The notes beneath the pieces are model-generated. The model was not told the DNA's origin and ran no database searches. It saw nothing but the letters and a program-made list of their open reading frames with translations. A DNA stretch of 64,000 bases, from positions 60,556-124,555 of the IMG/VR virus record IMGVR_UViG_3300032236_001180. One strand, 5' to 3'. Positions within the stretch are counted from its first letter, which is position 1; each line of letters opens with the position of its first letter. Of the stretch, positions 10,166 to 20,685 are shown piece after piece. The DNA comes from a virus. Position numbers and translations under genes: made by a program.

Positions 10166-11563
10166 ATGGCAAAATTTAATGTATATGCAGTGAATTCTGA
10201 AACAGAAGAAATTCACGAATTTCTTTACGATAATGATAAATCTTATTTATTTGACACTACAAAGGGAATTCAATATCCAAAAGAAAAACTAGAAAAAAAT
10301 GAAAATAATTATAATAATATTGCATTTCCATTAACAAAAGACAATCCAGTAAATAAAATTAGAGATTTCAGAAAGCTCAAAATTTCATTTGGATTAAAAT
10401 GTAATTATTCTTGCGAATATTGCTCTCAAAAATTTGTTCCTGGCGCAGAAGTAGATAATAAAACTTTTGATTTAGATGTATATCTGAAAAAACTTTATTC
10501 AACTTTCAATTTTGGTGAAGATGGTTTAGGAAAAACAATAGAATTTTGGGGAGGGGAACCACTTTTATATTGGAATAAAATTGTTCCTATTGCAGAAAGT
10601 ATTAAATTAAAATATCCAAAAATATCTTTTTCAATTATTACCAATGGCAGTTTAATCACAAAAGAAAAAGCAGATTGGTTATATGATATGGGATTTTATG
10701 TCGGAATTAGTCACGATGGGCCGGGGCAAAAAGTAAGAGGACCAAATCCATTTGATGTTCCCAAAATCAAAGAATCAATTTTATATCTTCATCGTAAATT
10801 TGCAGCAGAAGATAGAACCACATTCAATTCAATGCTGAATAAAGACAATACATCAAGAAAAGCGATTGCGGATTATTTCATTGAACTTACTGGAAATAAA
10901 GATGTGAAAATTGGAGAAGGTGGTTTTGTGGATGCTTATGATGAAGGTGGATTGGAAATGAGTTTAGGAAAAGAATATTTCAAAAAATATTCTAAAAATT
11001 CATTTAAACAAATTCGTCAACATCTTTGCACTAATTTTTCTTTGGTAAAAGTTAAAATCACAAATTTCTTTCAGACATTTCATTTTGGAACTTCATCAAA
11101 AGTTATTTCGCAAAAATGTGGAATGGATAAAGAATATAATATTGCTGTTGATTTAAGCGGAAATGTGATAACTTGCCAAAATGTTTCTGCTAACGCAATT
11201 GCCCCCAATGGCAATTCGCATAAAATAGGTCATATTGATGATTTTGATAGTATTAAATTAACTACTGCAACCCATTGGAGTCATAGAAAGGATTGTTCTA
11301 CTTGTCCTGTATTGCAACTTTGTCAAGGTTCTTGTATGTTTTTAGAAAGAGAATTGTGGGATGCCAGCTGTAATAATGCTTATTATGATAATATTCCTTA
11401 TTTTTGTTCAGTAATTGAGCATATGACTGGATGTATTCCTATTTACATTGATGGTGATTTGCCAGAAGAAAGAAAAGATATTTTTGGATTATTTGAAAAT
11501 GGGAGGTTTTCAGAAGAAAATTTTGATTCTAAAAAGTTTTATGAATTTTTGGAGACCCCTTGA
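10166..11563 (+). CDS. Radical SAM protein with C-terminal SPASM domain
   Basis: CxxxCxxC (CNYSCEYC), FWGGEPLL, TNG, ISHDG. SPASM cysteines CGMDK..GNVITC..CSTCPVLQLCQGSC..C. Confidence 0.93.
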   Translation: MAKFNVYAVNSETEEIHEFLYDNDKSYLFDTTKGIQYPKEKLEKNENNYNNIAFPLTKDNPVNKIRDFRKLKISFGLKCNYSCEYCSQKFVPGAEVDNKTFDLDVYLKKLYSTFNFGEDGLGKTIEFWGGEPLLYWNKIVPIAESIKLKYPKISFSIITNGSLITKEKADWLYDMGFYVGISHDGPGQKVRGPNPFDVPKIKESILYLHRKFAAEDRTTFNSMLNKDNTSRKAIADYFIELTGNKDVKIGEGGFVDAYDEGGLEMSLGKEYFKKYSKNSFKQIRQHLCTNFSLVKVKITNFFQTFHFGTSSKVISQKCGMDKEYNIAVDLSGNVITCQNVSANAIAPNGNSHKIGHIDDFDSIKLTTATHWSHRKDCSTCPVLQLCQGSCMFLERELWDASCNNAYYDNIPYFCSVIEHMTGCIPIYIDGDLPEERKDIFGLFENGRFSEENFDSKKFYEFLETP

Positions 11564-11588
11564 CAGGATCCAAAATGTGTGCTAGAAT
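11560..11588 (+). promoter_or_regulatory. Sigma70-like promoter
   Basis: TTGACA(11560)-17 nt-TAGAAT(11583), followed by SD GGAGG. Confidence 0.7.
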
Positions 11589-11603
11589 GAGGAGGACCAC
11601 TGT

Positions 11604-11786
11604 GTGCCCATAATGCAAATTGATCGTGAGACCCTTCAAGAACTTCGTGATTTACAAGAAGATATGTGTTGTCATTTTGTAGATGAAAATTTTCCAATTA
11701 GCGGAGAAACTTATTGGACCTGTGTAGAAGCATTTGCACAAGCAAAACTTGCTGAACTTCGCGGGGAATTAGTTTATGATAATTGA
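11604..11786 (+). CDS. Small hypothetical protein
   Basis: 60-aa ORF with SD and its own promoter. Alternative ATG at 11613. Confidence 0.7.
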   Translation: MPIMQIDRETLQELRDLQEDMCCHFVDENFPISGETYWTCVEAFAQAKLAELRGELVYDN

Positions 11787-11840
11787 TTGATAATTTATTA
11801 AGTGTCTAAATAAGACAGAAGAAATATCTGTGCTTATAAA

Positions 11841-14800
11841 ATGCCATTATCAAGGTTAGAAAATTTCCTAAAGAATGCTGAAGGTAACATTCTTTACGTT
11901 AATCCATCAGATTTTGATGCGACTGATAGTTACGAAAACAAGGGTAATAGTTTAGCTCGTCCTTTTAAATCTATCCAAAGGGCATTAATAGAAGCAGCAA
12001 GATTTTCATATCAGACAGGAAGAAATAACGATAGAATTGATAGAACGACTATACTTGTATATCCTGGAACTCATTATATTGATAATCGTCCAGGACTTGC
12101 AATTGATACCACTGGGACATTAAAACAGAGAACTGGTTCTGGCTCTGGTGTTTCTTGGGCAAGTGGTGTTTCAATTAATGAACTTGGAATAGCATTCAAT
12201 ACAGATATTTTTGACGCAAATAACGATTTATTTAAATTAAATTCGGTAGATGGTGGCGTAATCATTCCTCGTGGTGTTTCCATTATTGGTTATGATTTAA
12301 GAAAAACTAAAATTCGTCCATTATATGTTCCAGATCCATTAGATGATTATATTGGTGCCTCTTCTATCTTTAATGTAACCGGTACTTGTTATTTTAGTAT
12401 CTTTACGTTTTTGGATGCAGACACAACAAAATTTTCGTATAAAAATTACAACAACACCACAAATTTTCCAAATTATTCTCACCACAAACTAACTGCATTT
12501 GCTTATGCAGATGGTGTGAATAATGTAAAAGTCAGCAATGTAGATAGTGGATTGACTGATTTGCAGATGTATTATGATAAACTTACATTAGTTTATGGTA
12601 ATAGTTCTGGAAGACCACTTATAGATTATCCAGTCGGTGTTGATTTTGAACCAAACGTAGATGAATATCGTATTGTTGGAAATCTAACCGCAAATAATCT
12701 TGGTATTACAAGTATTCGTTCTGGTGATGGCGTAATCCCATCTTCTTCTATTACTGTAACTACCAACAAAACTCACAATCTTTTTGTTGATACTCCAATC
12801 TTAATGAAAGGTGTTGGTATTGATACCAGCATTTATAATGGTTCATTTGTCGTAAGTGGTATTGTAGGACTGACTACATTCACCTATACATCATTAGGAT
12901 CTCCCACAAATCCACTTCCTGATGCCGTAACCTATCTCCAAGATGCTCAAGTTGTTGTAGAAGCAGATAGTGTTTCTTCTGCGTCTCCATACATCTTCAA
13001 CTGCTCTTTAAGATCAGTTTATGGTATGTGTGGATTACACGCTGATGGAAGCAAATCCACTGGTTTTAAATCAATGGTTGTGGCACAATTTACTGGTGTG
13101 TCACTACAGAAAGATGATAATGCTTTTATTGAATATGATTCAACCAGCAAATCATTTAAAGATAATACTCAATCATCAAATTCTCCACTTCATACATATT
13201 CCGGATCCATCTACAAACCAGTATATGAAAATTATCACGTAAAAGTATCAAATGGTGGATTTGTTCAGTGTGTATCTATTTTTGCGATTGGTTATGCTAG
13301 ACAATTCTTGGCCGAAAGTGGTGGTGATATGTCTATCACTAACTCTAATAGTAATTTTGGTGCCGTAGCTCTTGAATCTATTGGTTTCAGAAAAGAAGCA
13401 TTTGATCGTGATAATACTGGATATATTACTCACATCATTCCACCAAGGGAAGTTACTACAAATGAAAATGAAGTAACTTGGTTATCATTAGATATTGCAA
13501 AAACAATTTCAGCGGCAACAGTTTCAAATTTATATCTTTATGGATACAATAGTTTAGATATAGCCCCACCACATCAAGTTGATAGTTATCGTATTGGGGC
13601 GAAGCAAAACGAACTGTTAAATCTAACAGTAACTATTGGAACAGCACAAACAACTTATACCGCACCAGTATTGATGCAGTCTCCTGGTGGTTCAATATAT
13701 TCCGCAAAGAAAGTATCTACTATTGGAAGATCCGCAGGAATTAATAGTATCAGCAATGATATCTTTACACTTACAGATGCCCACAACTTCTATAATGGAG
13801 AAAAAGTACGAGTATTCAGTGATACTGCCGAAGCACCAAATAATGTAGAATTGAATAAAGTTTATTATATTTCCACAACTGGGTCTTCAAATCAAGTTAA
13901 ACTTTCTCCAACATATAGTGATGCAATTGCTGCAACTCCAAGAACTATCACCGGAACGAATAATCTTGGTGGCATTCTTACTATTGTTAGTTCAGTAACT
14001 GATAAGCAACCAGGAGATCTTGGACATCCAATTCAATTTGATTCTACGCAATCAAATTGGTACATCACTTGTTCCAATTCCAATCAAGATAATAATATCT
14101 ACAATGCAATTGTAGGATTGGGAACAACCGGATTAGGTCTAGAATCTGGTTCCACTTTCGTAAAAAGAAAATTAGATAATCGTTCATTGAATGAAAGAAT
14201 TTATAAACTTCGTTATGTGATTCCAAAAGAAGCAACAAATGCACGACCACCAATTGCTGGTTATACGCTCCAAGAAAGTAGCACAACAACAATTGATAGT
14301 CCTGGAGTTTTGTCCGGAGATCTTTCTAATTCTATACAACTCAAAAATCCAAAAATCATTACTGGGGCATCATATTCTTCAAATGTAATTACTATTACGA
14401 CTGAACTTCCACATAATCTAAATTCTGGTGATGGAGTTAAAATTCAAAATGTACTAAGTTCAAATAATCCAACAGGTTCTGCATCTTCTGTATTCAATGG
14501 TTCTTTCACTATTGCATCAGTTCCAAGTAGTAAAACCTTTACTATTTCTGGTATTGCCACTAATCCTGGATCTTTTGCAAATATCACAAATCAAAGAACT
14601 ACATCACAACAAGTTGCAGCACTTCCAACTGTAACTAGGGAAAGATATTATGATACTTATTTCATTTATAGAATTGATGAAATTAAGAAGTTCATTCCTG
14701 GTTCTTCAACCACAGGACAAGATGGTATCTATCATCTTACAGTAATGTCTTCAAGTGAATCACCAACACTTAAAAATGTTGGGTATGGTATTAGTTATAA

Positions 14801-17800
14801 AAATTATAATCAAGATGTTCGTAATCTTTATCCACAATTAGATAGAGATAATTATAATTCAGATCCAAAAGCAACTACAACTTACGCAGATATTCAGCCA
14901 CTTGGAAAAGTTACAACAGATGACAAGAGAAATTCAGTCACAAAAGAATCTTTGGATTCGTTTGTAAAAGAAAATACAATTGGTTTTGGTATTACTTATG
15001 CTGCTGTAACTGGAACTGCTGTTACTTTCTATACTGATAGAGAGCATAATTTAAATGCAATTTCTGCACTTTCATTGACTGCTCCTGGTTCTGGTTATGG
15101 TTCAACGACTCTTTATTCTGCTGCTTTGGTGGGCGGAACTGGATCGGGAACTAATGCAACAGTTAAAGTTTCATTATCCGGTGGTGTTCCAACAGATGTA
15201 AGTATTGTAGATGGTGGTAGTGCTTATGGAGTAGGAAATACGATGAGCATTGCAGGTGGAGCAACACTTGCAACTGTACAAGTAACTTCTATTAATAATA
15301 ATGTTGGAGATGCAATTCAAGTTGTTGGATTTGCAAGTGAAGGTTATAATGGTCTATTTAAAATTACAGCAATTTCTGGACCAAAGCAATTTACAGTTTA
15401 CAATCCAAATAATGTTGGTGTTTATACATCTAGAACTGATGGTAAGGTGCCTTATGCTTTTATTTCAGCAGAAGGATCTTCAATTTTATCTTTAAACTTT
15501 ACAGATATTACAACTGGAATTGCAACAGTCACTACATCCACATCTCACGGATTGCTTGTTGGTAATAAGTTCACAATTTCTGGTACAGGACAGGCAATTT
15601 ATGATAGTTCATTTACAGTTAAGAATGTAGTTGGTCTTACCACATTTACTTTTAATGTTGGTGTTGTAACTACAACTCAACCTTATGTAAGTGGCGGTAC
15701 AGTCTTAAAACAAGGCATTGGTGCAAATGCTCTTCCAATTGGAGATGGAGAAAGCAATTTTGGTGGTCGTGCGTCTTACATTTATGGTGGAATTTCTGCA
15801 ACACTTGGAAGTTCTTTATCTTCTTCTGCAACTACGATTAATCTTTCAAGTCCAAATGGATTCAAAAAAGGTGATTTCATTCAAATCAATTCAGAAGTTC
15901 TTCGTATCTTAAATGATGCCTGCACAAGTGTAATTCGCGGACAATTTGGTACAATTTCAGCAGCAGCAGATAGTGGAACTCTTGTTAAGAAAATTCGTAT
16001 TATTCCAATCCAATTCCATCGTCCATCATATCTTCGTGGTTCTGGTCATACTTTTGAATATGTTGGATATGGTCCTGGTAACTATTCAACTGGTCTTCCA
16101 CAAAAACAAACTAAAATTTTATCTTCCGATGAAGTAATTGTTTCACAAGCAAAAGAACAAGATGGAGGAACAATCGTTTATTCTGGTATGAACGATTTGG
16201 GTGAGTTTTATTCTGGTTCAAAGAAACTTACTTCTATTACCGGAGAAGAAGAACTCTTTGATGCTCCAATATTCACTTATACTGGCGATGATGCAAATAC
16301 AGATTTAACTAAAAGATTAAGTGGATATTATGATGATATTGTAGTAAAAGAAAGAATTACAGTTGAAGGTGGTGAAAATAGCAATCAAACCTCACAATTC
16401 TATGGTCCTGTAAATTTCACACAGAAAATCACAAACACATCAGATAATGGAATTGAAACTAAAAACTTATACATCAAAGGAACTGCTTCTCAGGCAAAAT
16501 TAATTACAGTTGGAATTTCTACTCCAACTTCTGCAATAATTGCTGGTGCTCGTTCTGGTGATATTTCTGTAATTTCTAATCCAGTATCTGGTGGATATGT
16601 AGGTCACATTTATGCCGATAGTGATTGGAAGAGATTTGGAATGATTAGTATGGAGAAGGACTTGGATGTTCTTCGTTTGGATAGACTTGGAATTGGCCAA
16701 ACAAATACAACATTTCCATTCACAAATGAATTGGAAGTCAATGGAACTGCAAAATTCAAAAATCTATTTGTAACTGAATCTGTTACATTTAATACTCCAC
16801 AAACATTTAGTAGTGTTTCTTTTGATGGCATTACGATTTATAGTGGTGCAATTTTCCCAGGAACAAATTCAGTTGGAGCAATTACAACTGCATATACACA
16901 GAAACACACACAAGGCATTTCGCAACTTTATAATTTAGAAGTTACTGGTACTGGTGTCACTTTCTCCAACACTGCAAATATTAATGTTGGTGGTCCTTTT
17001 AATTCAACATATGCTGGTGTTTCCACATTTGCCGGAAAACTAAATGCTAGCTCTTCAAATATTAATGCATTAACTGGTACTGCTGTTACATATACTACTG
17101 GTAATATTACTACTTTAAGTGGAAGCAATGCTTATTATAATGCTGGTATTGTAACCACTATTTCTGGTTCTTCTGCAACATATGCCACTGGCAATATTAC
17201 CACTTTAAGTGGAAGTAATGCTTATTATAATGCTGGTATTGTAACCACTCTTTCTGGTTCTTCTGCAACATACACAAGTGCTACGATTACTAATTTAAAC
17301 AATACTGGAATTAGCACAGTTAGTACTTCTGGAATTGATTTTAAAGGTTCTACTGGCTCCACCAAAGTGGTAGCAGCATCAACTGCAAGTGGAACTCTTA
17401 CATTACCAGCAGCAACAGATACACTAGTTGGCAAAAATACAACTGACACTTTAACTAATAAAACAATTGCCGCTGGTTCAAATACCATTACTGGATTGAC
17501 AAATACCAATCTTTCTGGTTCTGCTGCAATTTCAAATGCAAATCTAGCAAATAGTACAATTTCTGGTGTTTCTCTTGGAAGCAATCTTGGGGACTTAACA
17601 TTAGGTACTCATTTAAGTTATACAAGTGGAACCACATATAATGGAAGTGCTGCAAGGGCACTTAATGTTGATGCAAAATCAACTTGGACTCTTGGTGACA
17701 ATAGCGCAAGTATTGTTTCTAGGGATGTAAATGGTGATTTTACTGCCCGTGATATTACAAGTAGAACCATTACTTCAAATATTACAACAGGAAATGCTCC

Positions 17801-18578
17801 ATTTGTGGTATCTTCCACCACACAAGTTAGTAATTTAAATGTTTCTTATCTGCAAGGTTATCAAGCAGCAACTTCGGGAACAAGTAATATTGTTCTTCGT
17901 GATGGTTCTGGTAACTTTAGTGCTGGAACAATCAATGCTACTAATTTAAATGGAATTCTTCAATATAGCATTTCTACTGGAACTCATTTATCTGGTTCCT
18001 TTAATAACTCGGCATCTGCATCCATTACAATAGATGCTACAGATGCAAATACTCCCAGTACAGTAGTTTCTCGTGATGGTTCTGGTAACTTTAGTGCTGG
18101 AACAATCACTGCAACTTTGAGTGGTACAGCAAGTGCTCTTGTAACTGGAAATAACTATCAGGTCAATTCCTTTGGTGTTGGGACTGCTGCTTCAGGTACT
18201 GCTGGTGAAATTCGTGCCACAAATGACATTACAGCATTCTATTCTGATTTAAGATTGAAAGAAAACATCAATCCAATTGCGAATGCTCTTTCTAAAGTAT
18301 GTTCTCTTCGTGGTGTTACTTATAATGCAAACGATGTTGCTGCATCATTTGGTTATACAAAAGAAGAACAAGTTGGTGTTATTGCACAGGAAGTAGAAAA
18401 AATACTTCCACAAGTTGTGAAGGCAGCACCATTTGATATTGATGTGGACGATGATGGAAATGAATATTCCAGAAGTGGTGAAAACTATAAGACGGTTAAG
18501 TATGAAAAACTTGTTCCACTTCTAATTGAAGCAATTAAGGAATTGAAAGTTGAAATTGAAGAACTTAAGAAAAGATAA
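11841..18578 (+). CDS. Very large virion structural/tail protein with C-terminal S74 chaperone
   Basis: N-terminus MPLSRLENFLKN..NILYV typical of cyanomyovirus structural proteins. Beta-helix region SASPYIFNCSLRSVYGMCG. C-terminus FYSDLRLKENI..GVIAQEVE..VKYEKLVPLLIEAIK. TAAATA near 11807. Confidence 0.85.
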   Translation: MPLSRLENFLKNAEGNILYVNPSDFDATDSYENKGNSLARPFKSIQRALIEAARFSYQTGRNNDRIDRTTILVYPGTHYIDNRPGLAIDTTGTLKQRTGSGSGVSWASGVSINELGIAFNTDIFDANNDLFKLNSVDGGVIIPRGVSIIGYDLRKTKIRPLYVPDPLDDYIGASSIFNVTGTCYFSIFTFLDADTTKFSYKNYNNTTNFPNYSHHKLTAFAYADGVNNVKVSNVDSGLTDLQMYYDKLTLVYGNSSGRPLIDYPVGVDFEPNVDEYRIVGNLTANNLGITSIRSGDGVIPSSSITVTTNKTHNLFVDTPILMKGVGIDTSIYNGSFVVSGIVGLTTFTYTSLGSPTNPLPDAVTYLQDAQVVVEADSVSSASPYIFNCSLRSVYGMCGLHADGSKSTGFKSMVVAQFTGVSLQKDDNAFIEYDSTSKSFKDNTQSSNSPLHTYSGSIYKPVYENYHVKVSNGGFVQCVSIFAIGYARQFLAESGGDMSITNSNSNFGAVALESIGFRKEAFDRDNTGYITHIIPPREVTTNENEVTWLSLDIAKTISAATVSNLYLYGYNSLDIAPPHQVDSYRIGAKQNELLNLTVTIGTAQTTYTAPVLMQSPGGSIYSAKKVSTIGRSAGINSISNDIFTLTDAHNFYNGEKVRVFSDTAEAPNNVELNKVYYISTTGSSNQVKLSPTYSDAIAATPRTITGTNNLGGILTIVSSVTDKQPGDLGHPIQFDSTQSNWYITCSNSNQDNNIYNAIVGLGTTGLGLESGSTFVKRKLDNRSLNERIYKLRYVIPKEATNARPPIAGYTLQESSTTTIDSPGVLSGDLSNSIQLKNPKIITGASYSSNVITITTELPHNLNSGDGVKIQNVLSSNNPTGSASSVFNGSFTIASVPSSKTFTISGIATNPGSFANITNQRTTSQQVAALPTVTRERYYDTYFIYRIDEIKKFIPGSSTTGQDGIYHLTVMSSSESPTLKNVGYGISYKNYNQDVRNLYPQLDRDNYNSDPKATTTYADIQPLGKVTTDDKRNSVTKESLDSFVKENTIGFGITYAAVTGTAVTFYTDREHNLNAISALSLTAPGSGYGSTTLYSAALVGGTGSGTNATVKVSLSGGVPTDVSIVDGGSAYGVGNTMSIAGGATLATVQVTSINNNVGDAIQVVGFASEGYNGLFKITAISGPKQFTVYNPNNVGVYTSRTDGKVPYAFISAEGSSILSLNFTDITTGIATVTTSTSHGLLVGNKFTISGTGQAIYDSSFTVKNVVGLTTFTFNVGVVTTTQPYVSGGTVLKQGIGANALPIGDGESNFGGRASYIYGGISATLGSSLSSSATTINLSSPNGFKKGDFIQINSEVLRILNDACTSVIRGQFGTISAAADSGTLVKKIRIIPIQFHRPSYLRGSGHTFEYVGYGPGNYSTGLPQKQTKILSSDEVIVSQAKEQDGGTIVYSGMNDLGEFYSGSKKLTSITGEEELFDAPIFTYTGDDANTDLTKRLSGYYDDIVVKERITVEGGENSNQTSQFYGPVNFTQKITNTSDNGIETKNLYIKGTASQAKLITVGISTPTSAIIAGARSGDISVISNPVSGGYVGHIYADSDWKRFGMISMEKDLDVLRLDRLGIGQTNTTFPFTNELEVNGTAKFKNLFVTESVTFNTPQTFSSVSFDGITIYSGAIFPGTNSVGAITTAYTQKHTQGISQLYNLEVTGTGVTFSNTANINVGGPFNSTYAGVSTFAGKLNASSSNINALTGTAVTYTTGNITTLSGSNAYYNAGIVTTISGSSATYATGNITTLSGSNAYYNAGIVTTLSGSSATYTSATITNLNNTGISTVSTSGIDFKGSTGSTKVVAASTASGTLTLPAATDTLVGKNTTDTLTNKTIAAGSNTITGLTNTNLSGSAAISNANLANSTISGVSLGSNLGDLTLGTHLSYTSGTTYNGSAARALNVDAKSTWTLGDNSASIVSRDVNGDFTARDITSRTITSNITTGNAPFVVSSTTQVSNLNVSYLQGYQAATSGTSNIVLRDGSGNFSAGTINATNLNGILQYSISTGTHLSGSFNNSASASITIDATDANTPSTVVSRDGSGNFSAGTITATLSGTASALVTGNNYQVNSFGVGTAASGTAGEIRATNDITAFYSDLRLKENINPIANALSKVCSLRGVTYNANDVAASFGYTKEEQVGVIAQEVEKILPQVVKAAPFDIDVDDDGNEYSRSGENYKTVKYEKLVPLLIEAIKELKVEIEELKKR

Positions 18579-18580
18579 AA

Positions 18581-19699
18581 TCAAACATAAGTAACTGAAT
18601 TTGGAAATAATGACCCAGCACTTACAGTAACATTGACAGTAAGTGTTGGATCATTATTTGTTCTTACTCCATATATTCCAAGTCCATTTCCTCCTCCAGT
18701 TCCTCCGAGTGAATCTCCTCTAGCACCTTCACCACCACCATTAATTGTTCCATTTGCTCCTATTCCCCAAGTACTTGTACCTCTGCAACCATTACTTGAA
18801 CCTGCAGGGTTTCCGCCACCACCTCCACCACCTCCCCCAACATTGTTGGCTCCTTGGTTTGGACCACCATTGCATCCTGGTTGTCCTCCATTGCCTCCAG
18901 AAGTTTTAGAACCATCGGAACCCGCAGTCCCAAACTGAGGATAATTAATTCCACCAACATATCCAGTCATTGTGTGTCCTCCTGTTCCTCCAGGATTTCC
19001 CTGTCCTCCCCCACCGCCGCCTCCCCCAGCAGTGGGGTCAAATGGTCCAGTATCGGGGTTGGAATAAGTATATCCACCTCCACCGCCACCACCAAATCCA
19101 CAAAAAACACCACCAGATTTTATAGTTACATTTGCACTATAACTAAATCCAAAAGCATTTCCTCCATTTCCTCCATTTGTTCCAGACCAATTAAAAGGTC
19201 CAGAAGCATTCCCATATAATGCGCCATCACCTCCTGCCCCACCAAAACCTTGCACATAGGAATTATTGGTAATGAATACATTTAATGAAGAACCAGATGG
19301 CCAACTTCCCGATAATGCACTATTTCCTGTTTTTGATGAATCTCCGATAGATTTCCTTATGTAAAAATAATATTTCTTAGGTCCAATTTGAGATAAATTT
19401 AAATTAGATAAATTTTGATAACCAACAGAATACCAAGTATTTTTAGTCTTGTCGGTTAATATAAGTCCGTCACTAATATCAGCACCAGTTCCAGTATCTA
19501 CAATTACATTTAAAGTCTTTCCCCTAAGTTGACCAAAACTAATAGCACTGGATGAACTAGAAGGAACGCCAGTATCAAGAGGATATACATCACCATCAAT
19601 AGTTTGTGACGTTCTATATGCCCCTAAATTTTTTCCAGGAGGTGTGCCAAACTCCGCAGCAATATCTGAAAATTTTATTGCTCCTGTTGGTGTTGTCAT
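18581..19699 (-). CDS. Gly-rich putative fibre adhesin (gp38-like architecture)
   Basis: N-terminal TPTGAIKFSDIAAEFG..SSAISFGQLRGK followed by multiple polyglycine tracts (GFGGGGGGG, AGGGGGGGGQG). Confidence 0.6.
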   Translation of the reverse strand: MTTPTGAIKFSDIAAEFGTPPGKNLGAYRTSQTIDGDVYPLDTGVPSSSSSAISFGQLRGKTLNVIVDTGTGADISDGLILTDKTKNTWYSVGYQNLSNLNLSQIGPKKYYFYIRKSIGDSSKTGNSALSGSWPSGSSLNVFITNNSYVQGFGGAGGDGALYGNASGPFNWSGTNGGNGGNAFGFSYSANVTIKSGGVFCGFGGGGGGGYTYSNPDTGPFDPTAGGGGGGGGQGNPGGTGGHTMTGYVGGINYPQFGTAGSDGSKTSGGNGGQPGCNGGPNQGANNVGGGGGGGGGNPAGSSNGCRGTSTWGIGANGTINGGGEGARGDSLGGTGGGNGLGIYGVRTNNDPTLTVNVTVSAGSLFPNSVTYV

Positions 19700-19727
19700 C
19701 TATATTATTTTATTATCTATTTTATAT

Positions 19728-20513
19728 TTATTTGAATAGTTTTCCAATGTAACGTCTAAATTCATTATATTTTGAATTTCCCAACCAATCATGACTAAAA
19801 TATGATGTCTTTGGTTTTAAAAATCTATCCATTTGATTTTCAGAAATATAATTTATTTTCATATCAAATTTTTTTCTAACAAAAGGAATAATCAATATCA
19901 AAGGTGTTTCTTTTTCTATTATTTGTTCTCTTTTTATATTATTAAGGGTCATATCATTATTGATAGTTGTATTCCATTCAAAGAACCATTTTAATGGCAT
20001 AGGAACTTTATCCGTATGCATAACTCCACTTGCTGATGTAAATCTATTTTCTCTGTGCCACATTGGATGAGTAATTAAGCAAGATACTCCTGGACTAGTT
20101 TTTATATACCAGGGAGTTGATATTTTATGAAATCCTTCATACATTGGTTCAGTTTCACCTAATAATCCTGATGCTTGATTTTCTGTTTTATGTAACATGT
20201 AATCTTCACACATTACATGTTCCCAATTAATATAAAGTTTTCCGTTGTCATTTCTAATTAAAAAATTATTCCAACTTGGAACAATATATCCAGTAGAAAA
20301 ATAATCAATAAGACCTGGACACCCCTTAGCATTTGTTTTTTTTCCAATTTCTAATAAATTATTATTAGTAAATCCAAAAGGACATTTTGATTTTTTTGAT
20401 AAAATAGGAGTATCGGCAAACCATTTTGGAATATTTTTATATGCTGGATATGGTGTTGAAATCATTCCTTCATAATTTTCATAAGTAAAAAATTCAATAA
20501 GATTGCTTTTCAT
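19728..20513 (-). CDS. Conserved-type phage hypothetical protein
   Basis: Likely start MKSNLIEFF at 20513. Motifs KGCPGLIDYFSTGYIVPSW, PWYIKTSPGVSCLITHP and TPLILIIPF. Confidence 0.7.
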   Translation of the reverse strand: MKSNLIEFFTYENYEGMISTPYPAYKNIPKWFADTPILSKKSKCPFGFTNNNLLEIGKKTNAKGCPGLIDYFSTGYIVPSWNNFLIRNDNGKLYINWEHVMCEDYMLHKTENQASGLLGETEPMYEGFHKISTPWYIKTSPGVSCLITHPMWHRENRFTSASGVMHTDKVPMPLKWFFEWNTTINNDMTLNNIKREQIIEKETPLILIIPFVRKKFDMKINYISENQMDRFLKPKTSYFSHDWLGNSKYNEFRRYIGKLFK

Positions 20514-20636
20514 TTTAAATAAATCTAGTTTGTATATTGTAGCATATGTTTTGCATTTTAGCAATTTGTATATCTATGCCCCCAACATAAATTACAATAA
20601 CATAACAAAAACCTACTTTAAAATATAATACTAAAT

Positions 20637-20664
20637 AAAAGAGGGGTATATATCCCTCTTTTTT
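20637..20664. terminator. Hairpin in divergent intergenic region
   Basis: AAAAGAGGGG-TATATA-TCCCTCTTTTTT, flanked by TAAATA motifs. Confidence 0.4.
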
Positions 20665-20685
20665 GGTAAATACCGAAATCTATAA

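Noticed and set aside
10166-11563. Anaerobic sulfatase maturase function
   Set aside because: No sulfatase gene in the window. The adjacent Cys-rich peptide is the more parsimonious substrate, though unproven.
18633-19219. Pro-rich and Ser-rich plus-strand ORFs
   Set aside because: Antisense shadows of the Gly-rich minus-strand gene.
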